Shown here one piece after another: positions 39,242-47,883 of a DNA stretch of 64,000 nucleotides. The DNA lies in assembly GCA_963769025.1 (NCBI GenBank), contig CAVYKI010000003.1:896001-960000 (forward strand), written 5' to 3'. How positions within the stretch are numbered: position 1 is the stretch's first letter; every line of letters begins with the position of its first letter. A program made the translations under genes and the position numbers. This DNA comes from an uncultured Verrucomicrobiae bacterium. Lineage in GTDB: Bacteria > Verrucomicrobiota > Verrucomicrobiia > Chthoniobacterales > Chthoniobacteraceae. The notes beneath the pieces were generated by a model that worked only from the letters and a program-made list of their open reading frames with translations, ran no database searches and was not told the origin of the DNA.

Positions 39242-41406
39242 TTAGTTTGCTCCGGCGGGAGGCGCGGATGCGGCGGGCGCTCCGCTGCCGGCGGCTTCGT
39301 CGCGCTCTTTCATCGCGGCTTTGCGCGAGAGCTTGATTTTGCCGCGCTCGTCCACGCCGAGGACCTTCACCCAGATCATGTCGCCCATCTTCACGACGTC
39401 CTCGACGCGGTTCACGCGGCGGTCGGCGAGTTCGCTGATGTGGCACATGCCGTCCTTGCCGGGCAGGATTTCGACGAAGCAGCCGAATTCCTTAATGTTC
39501 ACGACCGGCGCGTGGTACACTTCGCCGATGGTGACCTCCTTGGTCATGCCATTGATGATCTGCTTCGCGCGGGCCATCGCCTCGGGGTTGTTCGAGTAGA
39601 TGCGGATGCTGCCGTCGTCCTCGATGTTAATCTCCGCGCCGGTCTCGGCGACGATGCCTTTGATGGTCTTGCCGCCGGGGCCGATGATGAGGCCGATCTT
39701 GTCGGGGTTGATTTTGATCGTCTCGATGCGCGGCGCGTAGGGCGACATTTCCGTGCGCGGCGCGGCGATGGTGGCGGCCATGACGTCGAGGATCTTCATG
39801 CGCAGGTCGCGCGCCTGGAGGACGGCTTCGGTCATGATCTTGTGGCTAGACGCCGGGGAGCTTCAGGTCGAGCTGGAAGCCGGTGACGCCTTCGCGCGTG
39901 CCGCAGAGCTTGAAGTCCATGTCGCCGAAGTGATCCTCGCTGCCGATGATGTCGGCGAGCGTGGTGTAGCGCTTGAGGGTGTCGCCCTCAAACTCAGTCA
40001 CGAGGCCGACGCTGATGCCGGCGACGGGGGTCTTGATCGGCACGCCCGCATCCATGAGCGCGAGGACGCCGCCGCAGACGGAGGCCATCGAGGTGGAGCC
40101 GTTCGACTCGCACACTTCGCTGCTGATGCGGATGGCGTACGGGAAGTCTTCCGTCGAGGGGATGACCGGCGCGATGGAACGCTCGGCGAGTGCGCCGTGG
40201 CCGATTTCGCGGCGGTTCATGCCGCCCATGCGGCCGGTTTCGCCGACCGAGAAGGGCGGGAAGTTGTAGTGCAGGATGAAGGCCTTGCTGGTCTCGCCGC
40301 CGGTGTAGCCGTCCATGTCCTGCGCTTCCTGCGTGGTCGCGAGGGTGAGCGAGGCAGAGGGCCTGCGTCTCGCCGCGGGCGAAAAGCGCGCTGCCGTGCG
40401 AACGCGGGAGCAGGCCGGTCTCGGCGCTGAGCTGGCGGAGGTCGCCGAGGCCGCGTCCGTCGCAACGCGACTTGCGATCGAGGATGGCGACGCGGAAGGC
40501 CTTCTTTTGCAGGTAGTCAAAGGCCTGGCTGATCTCGAAGGGCGTGGCCTCCGGGAACTTCGCCTTGATGGCCGCGCCGACTTCGTCCTTGAGCGCGTTC
40601 ACCGCCTTGCTGCGGGCGACTTTGCTCGGGGTGTAGAGTGCGGCCTCGATGCGGCTGCCCGCGACTTCGTAGGCGACTTCCATCACCTCGTCCTTCACGG
40701 TGAAGAGCGGCATTTCGCGCTTGGCCTTGTTGACCTTCGCCGCGAGTTCCTTCTGCGCGACGCAGAGTTTCACCGCTTCGATGTGGCCGAATTCGAGGGC
40801 CTTGATGAAGTCCGCCTCGGGGATTTCGTTGCCCGCGCCTTCGATCATGATCACGTCGTTTTCCGTGCCGACATAGACGAGGTCGAGGTCGCTCTCAGCG
40901 CGCTGTGCGTGCGTGGGGTTCGCGATGAACTCACCATTGATGCGGCCCACGCGCACGGCACCGACGGGGCCCGCGAACGGGATGTCGGACACCATCAGCG
41001 CGGCGCTCGCGCCGTTGATGGAGAGCATGTCGGGGTCGTTCTGACCGTCCGCGCTCATGAGCGTGCCGACGATCTGCGTGTCGTAGAGGTAGCCCTTCGG
41101 GAAGAGCGGGCGCAGCGGACGATCCGTCATGCGCGCGGTGAGGACTTCCTTTTCGGTGGGACGGCCTTCGCGCTTGAAGTAGCCGCCGGGGAACCGGCCG
41201 ACCGCCGCCGCCTTTTCGCGGTATTCGACGCTGAGGGGGAACCAGTCCTGGCCCTCTTTGATCTTCGTCGCGGAGACCGCGGTGACGAGGATGATGGTTT
41301 CGCCGCAACGCACGGTCACGGCTCCGTCGGCGAGCTTCGCGAGCTTGCCGGTTTCGATGATGATGGGGGTGCTGCCGGAATTGGCAGTCACATTTTGGAT
41401 GCTCAT
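39242..41406 (-). CDS. pnp: Polyribonucleotide nucleotidyltransferase (2 apparent frameshifts)
   Basis: [66 protein letters not shown] and S1 domains; shifts near 40350 and 39850. Confidence 0.96.
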
Positions 41407-41488
41407 TTTGTTTTTGAAATGCCATCCGGCCTGCCGTGGAAACGCGTCTCCCGGTTCGCAGTCCCAAAAGCGCCGGCTCGAGGTTCCG

Positions 41489-41580
41489 TCCTCAATCTTA
41501 CTCTTAATCCTAATCTTAATCCCCTCGCACCCGAATGGCCGGGAAGGGATTAAGATTAAGAATAAGATTAGGATTAAGAC
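41489..41580 (-). repeat. Hexamer-tandem inverted repeat (TAATCT/AGATTA) in pnp leader
   Basis: AT-rich arms 41489-41523 and 41546-41580 pair as an about 33-bp stem with 3 mismatches. Confidence 0.88.
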
Positions 41581-41716
41581 CGAAAGGCTGAAGCTGGGGC
41601 TAAGGACTGAAACCAGAAACCGCGTGGCGGCGAACCGTGTGGCGATTGTTTGGTTTGCTCTGCTCACCCTCCGCCCGGTTTCGGCGGTGGCGGGGCTATT
41701 GTTTGTCTGACCGGGT

Positions 41717-41751
41717 AAAAGCATTCGCCCCGGTGCGAGGACCGGGGCGAA
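41717..41751 (-). terminator. Probable terminator after rpsO
   Basis: Perfect 11-bp stem ttcgccccggt/accggggcgaa followed by UGCUUUU on the minus strand. Confidence 0.65.
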
Positions 41752-41771
41752 GTGTGGAACTGGTCTTGAAC

Positions 41772-42026
41772 CTACTTGCGCAGATTCAGCTTATCGAGCG
41801 CCGCCTGGTATCGCGGAGCCGCGGTGCGCTTGAGGTAATCAAGCAGCCCGCGGCGGCGTGCGACCATCTGGAGCAGGCCGCGGCGCGAGGAGTGATCCTT
41901 CGCGTGGGCCTTGAGGTGCTCGGTGAGGTGATTGATGCGCTCGGTCAGAACGGCGACTTGCACGTCCGCGCTGCCGGTATCTTTCTCGTGCAGGCGGAGG
42001 GTGGTGATGGATTCTGTCGTGGCCAT
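41772..42026 (-). CDS. rpsO: 30S ribosomal protein S15
   Basis: [24 protein letters not shown]...[20 protein letters not shown]. Confidence 0.98.
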   Translation of the reverse strand: MATTESITTLRLHEKDTGSADVQVAVLTERINHLTEHLKAHAKDHSSRRGLLQMVARRRGLLDYLKRTAAPRYQAALDKLNLRK

Positions 42027-42040
42027 GATTTTTTAAAGAG

Positions 42041-42662
42041 CTAGGAGTTTGTGGTCTCGGTTGCGGGAGTCGGGTCTGCCGGTGCGGCAGCTTCCGCTGG
42101 TGCGGCTGCTGGCTCGGGAGTCTCTGCCTTTGCGGCAGGCGCTTCCGGGGCACCGCCGCCCTTGGTCGGCCTTGGCCTGAAGGACGCGGGCGAGCTGGCT
42201 GGCCGGCTCGTTGAGCAGGCGGACGAGCTTGCTCGCGGGCGCCTGGAGGACGCCGAGGAGCTGCGAGAGCAGGACGTCGCGCGAAGGAAGATCGGCGATG
42301 GCCTGAATCTGCTCACTGCTGACGATGAGGCGGTCCACCACGCCCGTGCGGATGGTCGGCTTCTTGAATTCCGCCGTGAAGTTCTTCAGGACTTTCGCGG
42401 CAGCCGCGACGTCCTTTTCGCCGGTGACGATGGCGTTCTGGCCGCGGAGTTCGCCGAGGTCGGGCAGACCGGCTCCCTTCGCCGCGAGGCGCAGGTAGCT
42501 GTTCTTCACGACCGAGCAGCGGGCGCCGGCCTTGTCGAGGCGGGTGCGCAGCTCGGAGAACTGGGTGACGTTGAGGCCGGTGTAATCGGCGACGAAGATG
42601 AAGGGCGAGTCGTTGAGTCGCTTGTTGAGGTCGGTAACGATGGATGCTTTTGCGGGATGCAT
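42041..42662 (-). CDS. rplJ: 50S ribosomal protein L10 (one apparent frameshift in the Ala/Pro-rich tail near 42165)
   Basis: DYTGLNV.Q...LR, VVKNSYLRLA, IADLPSRDVLLSQLLGVLQAP. Confidence 0.95.
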
Positions 42663-42677
42663 GGTGTGGGTCCTCGG

Positions 42678-43382
42678 TTAGGCGAGTTTCAGGAACTGTG
42701 CGGCATCCACGGTGACGCCGGGCGTCATGGTTGCACTCAGCGTGATGTTGTCAACGAAGCGCCCCTTCGCGGTCGCGGGACGCGCCTTGATGACGGCGTC
42801 GATGACCGCTTTGCCGTTCTCGACGAGCTTCTCCAGGTCAAAGCTGAACTTGCCGACAGGCACCGCGATGTTCGCGTTCTTATCGAGCTTGAACTCGACG
42901 CGGCCCGCCTTCACTTCGCGCACGGCCTTCGCCGTGTCTTCGGTGACGGTGCCGGTCTTCGGGTTCGGCATGAGGCCGCGGGGTCCGAGGACCTTGCCGA
43001 GCTTGCGCACTTCGGCCATCGCTCCGGGCGTGGCGACTGCGACATCGAAATCCTGGAAACCACCGACGCACTTCTCGATCATGTCCTTGTAGCCGACGAA
43101 TTCCGCACCGGCGGCCTTCGCGGCCTCGGCTGCAGCGCCTTCCGCGAAGACGAGCACGCGGACGGTCTTGCCCGAGCCATGCGGCAGCGGGCAGGTGCCG
43201 CGGACCATCTGGTCGGATTGCTTCGGGTCCACGCCGAGCCGGAACGCGAGCGTCACGGTCTGGTCGAACTTGGTGGGAGGCATCGCCTTCAGTGCGGCGA
43301 CTGCTTCAGTCAGCGGATAGACTTTCTTGTCATCGCGCTTTTCCGCGGCTGCGCGGTATCTTTTTGAACGGTGTTGAGCCAT
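42678..43382 (-). CDS. rplA: 50S ribosomal protein L1
   Basis: KFDQTV, LGVDPKQSDQMVRG..PLPHGSGK, LGPRGLMPNPKTGTVT, TMTPGV. Confidence 0.98.
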   Translation of the reverse strand: MAQHRSKRYRAAAEKRDDKKVYPLTEAVAALKAMPPTKFDQTVTLAFRLGVDPKQSDQMVRGTCPLPHGSGKTVRVLVFAEGAAAEAAKAAGAEFVGYKDMIEKCVGGFQDFDVAVATPGAMAEVRKLGKVLGPRGLMPNPKTGTVTEDTAKAVREVKAGRVEFKLDKNANIAVPVGKFSFDLEKLVENGKAVIDAVIKARPATAKGRFVDNITLSATMTPGVTVDAAQFLKLA

Positions 43383-43390
43383 GTGTTTTT

Positions 43391-43421
43391 GCAGTGCTGG
43401 CGGGCGGTTTTGCCCTCCTGC
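43391..43421 (-). promoter_or_regulatory. L1-binding mRNA operator (autoregulatory leader)
   Basis: GCAG-GA-GGGC-aaaacc-GCCC-GCCAGCA-CUGC: two helices around a GA / GC.. asymmetric loop, the architecture of known L1 mRNA sites; 8 nt before the ATG. Confidence 0.7.
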
Positions 43422-43451
43422 GGTTGATTGTTTTCCCCGTCTCCACCGGCG

Positions 43452-44927
43452 TCATTGCCGCTGGAAAAAGGGCGCGCACTCTAATTCACGCCCCCTGTGT
43501 GTCAACCGGGAATTCTCAGCAATGCGGGGCTCGGTGCCGGCGTCAGCAGGGGCGAGAGCGGGTTGCCCGTTGCCCTTCGCGTTTGGCGACATGAACCGCA
43601 GTTCGAATTCCGTCCCCTTTTCATCCGAGCGCAGCAGCCGCACGTCCCCTCCCTGTGCGGTCGCGAGTTCCCGGGCGATGCTCAGGCCGAGGCCGTGGCC
43701 CGCCCGCGACTCATCCCGGTCGCCCCGGGCAAAGCGGTCGAAAATCCACGGCATGCGTTCCGGCGGGATCGGGACGCCGCTGTTGGCGATGACGATGAAC
43801 ACCCCATCGCGCCGTTCGCCGGCCCTGACGCGGATGACGCCGCCATGCCGGTTGTACTTCACGGCGTTCTCGAGGAGGTTCAGGAGGATTTGCTCCGTCC
43901 GCTGCGGGTCCGCGATGGCTCGGAGGGCCTGCGGCAAGTCCCGCTCGATCCGGATTCCCTGATCCGATCCCAGCACTTCCGCATCCTCGATGCACCGGTC
44001 GATGATCGGGAGCAGGTCCGTATCGCTCGCCTGCGTCTGGATGCCGCCGGCGTCCGCCCTCGCCAGCAGGAGGAGTCCTTCGGTCAATGACGAGAGCCGG
44101 CGCGTCTGGTCGAGGAGGTCTTGGAGGACTTCCACCTGATCGGGCCGGAGATTCGAATCGCTGAGCAGCGACTCGATGGCCGCGCGCGCGACGGTAATCG
44201 GGGTCTTGAGCTGGTGCGATGCATCCGAGGCAAAGCGCACCGCCTGCAGGTAACTCCGCTCCAGCCGCTCGAAGGTGTTGTTGAGCACGTTCGTCAGCAG
44301 CCGGATTTCATCCCGTGCGGCAGGGACCGGCAGGCGCTGGTGCAAATCCTCGGCGCTGATTCGCGCCGCGGCCTCTGTGATCCTGCGGACCGGTTGCAGC
44401 GCACGCCGCGCGACCCAGTACCCGCCGAGGACACTCAGAAGTGCCGCCACCGGCAGCGCCGCGAGGCTCGCGTTTTTCACACGCTCCAAGGTGAGCTCCG
44501 TGGGCTTGAGCGGAAAGCCGAACACCACCGTCAGCCCGCCCTCTTGGTAAGTCGCGACCTGATAGGACTGCTTCCCGATCATCGCATGGTGCGGCTCCGC
44601 GGGCCCGCCTCGCATGGTCCGCTCCTTCAGGCCTTGGGAGCGATAGAGGAGCTTTTCCCCTGGGCCGAAAATCTCGATGGGAAACGTGCTCACGGAACGC
44701 GGCATCATCTCCTTGGTGACGGTCGTGAGCTTGTCTGGCGCCCCCCCCGACTGGTGTTCGAGTTCCAAAAAGACATCCTTCACCGTGCGTTCCATGCGTG
44801 CCTCGACGTAGGACATCAGCTCCCTGTCGAGCACCACGGTCGTCACGATCACCGAGATCCCCATCGTGAGCGCGGCGAGCAGGAACGACCACAGCGCCAC
44901 CTTGGCTGTGAGCGGGAACTTCTTCAT
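43452..44927 (-). CDS. Sensor histidine kinase with HAMP domain (CusS-like)
   Basis: Two TMs, HAMP, H-box FASDASHQLKTP, NLLENAVKY, FDRF, GHGLGLSI. Confidence 0.92.
   Translation of the reverse strand: MKKFPLTAKVALWSFLLAALTMGISVIVTTVVLDRELMSYVEARMERTVKDVFLELEHQSGGAPDKLTTVTKEMMPRSVSTFPIEIFGPGEKLLYRSQGLKERTMRGGPAEPHHAMIGKQSYQVATYQEGGLTVVFGFPLKPTELTLERVKNASLAALPVAALLSVLGGYWVARRALQPVRRITEAAARISAEDLHQRLPVPAARDEIRLLTNVLNNTFERLERSYLQAVRFASDASHQLKTPITVARAAIESLLSDSNLRPDQVEVLQDLLDQTRRLSSLTEGLLLLARADAGGIQTQASDTDLLPIIDRCIEDAEVLGSDQGIRIERDLPQALRAIADPQRTEQILLNLLENAVKYNRHGGVIRVRAGERRDGVFIVIANSGVPIPPERMPWIFDRFARGDRDESRAGHGLGLSIARELATAQGGDVRLLRSDEKGTEFELRFMSPNAKGNGQPALAPADAGTEPRIAENSRLTHRGRELECAPFFQRQ
43478..43505 (-). 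promoter_or_regulatory. Sigma-70-type promoter for rplA operon
   Basis: TTGACA-N16-TAGAGT followed by GC-rich discriminator GCGCGCC. Confidence 0.7.
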
Positions 44928-45601
44928 GTTCCGGACGGCCCGATCATATACCCGGTGCCGCGCACCGTCTTGATCAGGCTCACGGGAGAATTTGCATCCA
45001 CCTTCGTGCGCAGCCGCTGGATGTACACGTCCACGGCGTTCGTGTCGTTATCCAGCGCGCTCTTCCACACGTGCTCGCAGACTTCCGTCCGGGTGACCGC
45101 CTTTCCCGAGTGCAGCATGAGGAAATGCAACACCTCATACTCGCGCTGGGAAAGGTGGATGCGTTCCCCGGCCCGCGTGACGATGTGGGTGGTTTCGTTC
45201 AGCACCAGGTCGTCCACGCGCAGGAGCGGCGAGGCGTCCTCGCCCTTGCGCCGCGTCAGCACATTCACGCGCGCCAGCAGTTCCTCCATGGAAAATGGCT
45301 TCGCGAGGTAATCATCCGCGCCGCGGTTCAGGCCGGCGATGCGGTCCTTCACGTCCCCGCGCGCCGTGAGGATGAGCACCGGCGTGCTGATGCTGCGATC
45401 GCGGATCCCGCCGAGAATCTCAAGCCCGTCGCGCCCCGGCAGCCCGAGATCGAGGACGATCACGTCGTGCGGCTCGCTCGTCGCCGTGGCAAATCCCGAA
45501 TCGCCATCCGCGATGGCCGTGACCGCGTGACCCGCGCCTGTCAGCGCCTTGGTCACGTAGGATGCAATCTTCGCTTCGTCTTCGATCAGGAGAACTTTCA
45601 C
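44924..45601 (-). CDS. OmpR-family response regulator (CusR-like)
   Basis: LLIEDE, VLDLGLP, ILTA, GADDYLAKPF, VDVYIQRLR.K, IKTVRGTGY. Confidence 0.95.
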   Translation of the reverse strand: MKVLLIEDEAKIASYVTKALTGAGHAVTAIADGDSGFATATSEPHDVIVLDLGLPGRDGLEILGGIRDRSISTPVLILTARGDVKDRIAGLNRGADDYLAKPFSMEELLARVNVLTRRKGEDASPLLRVDDLVLNETTHIVTRAGERIHLSQREYEVLHFLMLHSGKAVTRTEVCEHVWKSALDNDTNAVDVYIQRLRTKVDANSPVSLIKTVRGTGYMIGPSGT

Positions 45602-45707
45602 GTTTCAGGGGTGCCGCAAAATGCCGGCCGCCCGGCAAATTGCGAATGAAATCGCCTCCCCGCAACGGAGCGACGGGCACCCGATGCGCAACGGTGCTTC
45701 CCGGATT

Positions 45708-45959
45708 TCAGGCCTCGGCTTGGGGACCGGCTGGCACTTCCAAAGGAGCGCCCGCCGCCGCCTTCCAGCAGATTGCCAGATCAGATTCAGTCTCGAGGCG
45801 TTGCATGACGTGCTCGATTTCCCGCATCAGCGCCGGGTTGTCCTTCGCGCTTTCGACAAGCCGGCCTGTAAAATACCGCCTGCCTTCCTCGTTCAGTTTG
45901 GAGAACCGGTCGATGGTCTGCGTGAACACCGCGCTCCGGTCATTCGCTTCTTCGGTCAT
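45708..45959 (-). CDS. Small hypothetical protein (paralog of upstream gene)
   Basis: Shares S.LNE.G..YF.G.LV motif with 46001-46420. Confidence 0.7.
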   Translation of the reverse strand: MTEEANDRSAVFTQTIDRFSKLNEEGRRYFTGRLVESAKDNPALMREIEHVMQRLETESDLAICWKAAAGAPLEVPAGPQAEA

Positions 45960-46000
45960 GGTTGGTTGATCCTGGTTGGGTTTGGGTTACCTGCCGTCCG

Positions 46001-46420
46001 TCATGCCGCCATGCGGGCCCTGGGGAAAATTGCGGCCAGAAGACGCGCCGAAAGCGGCAGCCGTTTGGCGGGTTTCGATTCCGGCCGGGGAAAGACGGCC
46101 AAGGGACTCTGCGGTGCGACGGGCGCAACCGGGAGCGGGGCTTCCTTGGCAACGATGACCGGACTTTCCACCGCGGGCGATGGAATCCGTTCGGCGGCGA
46201 AGATGGGGGCAGCCGTCGCAACTTCCGGAAGCGTGCAATGCCGCAATGCGGGGTCGTTCTCGATGTCATGCAGCACGCTCTCGACTGCCGTCATGATTTC
46301 GGGCCGGTGAAATCCCGCGCTGACCAGCCATCCTGCAAAATAATGCGCGCCGATCTCGTTCAGTCTGCTCACGCGTGAAACGAGTTCCGCGTTCGTCTGG
46401 GTCGTGTTGGTGTCGTCCAT
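46001..46420 (-). CDS. Hypothetical protein, N-terminal domain paralogous to downstream gene, Pro/Ala-rich tail
   Basis: SRLNEIGAHYFAGWLV. Confidence 0.7.
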   Translation of the reverse strand: MDDTNTTQTNAELVSRVSRLNEIGAHYFAGWLVSAGFHRPEIMTAVESVLHDIENDPALRHCTLPEVATAAPIFAAERIPSPAVESPVIVAKEAPLPVAPVAPQSPLAVFPRPESKPAKRLPLSARLLAAIFPRARMAA

Positions 46421-46436
46421 AGGTTGCGCATCTCAT

Positions 46437-46453
46437 CGCAACAATCGTGCCGA
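46437..46453 (-). promoter_or_regulatory. Sigma-54 -24/-12 motif
   Basis: TCGGCACGATTGTTGCG: GG-CACG-N4-TT-GC, 16 nt upstream of ATG 46420. Confidence 0.6.
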
Positions 46454-46599
46454 ATACTTCGTCTTTCATTACAGTTTTCCGAAGGCGAGAGGTCCCCGCG
46501 ATCGCCCGCCGTTTTTTTAGCGAATGGCTTCACCTTTCTTTTACAACTCCCGAACGGCTCGCTGACAACCCGCCCGGCCCCGCGCGCTACGCTTCCACC

Positions 46600-47742
46600 A
46601 TGAAAATCACACATTCACTCGCCAATGCGGCGCTCGCCCTCGGAATCCTCCTCCCGGTCTGCGCCGCCGAATCCACCAAACCCGCCGCCGGCCAGCCCGT
46701 CGTGCAGCTCGCCATCCTGCTCGACACGTCGAACTCGATGGACGGCCTCATCGCGCAGGCCAAGACGCAGCTCTGGAACATCGTCAATGAATTCGCCACC
46801 GCAAAGCAGGACGGCAAGGCGCCGCGCGTGCAGGTCGCGCTCTACGAATACGGCAACCAGGGCCTCGACCGGAGGAAGGGCTTTGTGCGGCAGGTCGTCC
46901 CGCTCACCGATGATCTCGACAAGCTCAGCGAGCAGCTCTTTTCGCTGAAGACCAATGGCGGCGACGAATACTGCGGCTGGGTGATCCGCGACGCGGTGAA
47001 GGGACTCGAATGGGATTCCTCGCCGAAGACCTACAAGGCCATCTTCATCGCGGGGAATGAGCCGTTCACGCAGGGGCCGGAGAGCTACGTCGAGTCGTGC
47101 AAGGGCGCGATTGCGAAGGGCATCATCGTCAACACCATCCACTGCGGCCCGGAGCAGCAGGGCATCGAGGGAAAATGGAAGGACGGTGCCGCGCTCGCGG
47201 ACGGGCGTTTCCTCGTGATCAATCAGGACGCGCGCATCGCGCACATCGCCGCGCCGCAGGACAAGGACATCGCCGTTCTCAACTCAAAGCTGAACAGCAC
47301 CTACATCGCCTACGGACGCGGCGGCTTTGAGGGCAAATCCCGCCAGGAAACGCAGGACGCCAACGCGGCGTCCGCACCCGGCGGCTCCACGGTGCTCGCC
47401 GCGCGCGTCGCCTCAAAGTCATCCTCCAACTACAGCAATGCGCGATGGGATCTCGTGGACCGCGCCAAGGAGAAGGACTTCGACATTTCCAAGCTGAAGG
47501 ACGAGGAAATGCCCGAGGAAATGCGCAAGCTCGGCGTGGAGGAACGCAAGGCATTCATCGCGAAGAAAACCGCCGAGCGCGAGGCACTGCAAAAGGAACT
47601 CGGTGCCCTCGCCACGGAGCGGGAGAAATTCGTCGCGGAAAAGATGAAGGAGGCGGGCAAGGACACCACGCTCGGCGCGGCCGTCACCGGTGCAGTGCGC
47701 GAGCAGGCGTCGAAGAAAGGCGTGGTCTTCGAGAAGAAATAG
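46600..47742 (+). CDS. Secreted von Willebrand factor A domain protein
   Basis: Signal peptide, MIDAS LLDTSNSMD, TNGGDEYCG, IFIAGNEPF, C-terminal helical region. Confidence 0.88.
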   Translation: MKITHSLANAALALGILLPVCAAESTKPAAGQPVVQLAILLDTSNSMDGLIAQAKTQLWNIVNEFATAKQDGKAPRVQVALYEYGNQGLDRRKGFVRQVVPLTDDLDKLSEQLFSLKTNGGDEYCGWVIRDAVKGLEWDSSPKTYKAIFIAGNEPFTQGPESYVESCKGAIAKGIIVNTIHCGPEQQGIEGKWKDGAALADGRFLVINQDARIAHIAAPQDKDIAVLNSKLNSTYIAYGRGGFEGKSRQETQDANAASAPGGSTVLAARVASKSSSNYSNARWDLVDRAKEKDFDISKLKDEEMPEEMRKLGVEERKAFIAKKTAEREALQKELGALATEREKFVAEKMKEAGKDTTLGAAVTGAVREQASKKGVVFEKK

Positions 47743-47756
47743 GCGGCGCGTTGTCT

Positions 47757-47812
47757 GGGCGCGCTCGCCGAGCGCGCCCTACGGCGGTAGGGCGGCCTCG
47801 CCGAGGCCGCCC
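47757..47812. repeat. Pair of GTAG-type REP-like palindromes
   Basis: Minus strand GTAGGGCGCGCTCGGCGAGCGCGCCC (47757-47782); plus strand GTAGGGCGGCCTCGCCGAGGCCGCCC (47787-47812). Confidence 0.75.
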
Positions 47813-47883
47813 TCTTCTCTTTCCCGCTTCAAACTTCCGCTCGCCGGATGGCGCCCCGTGCCCTACAAGGCCGCGCCATTTTT

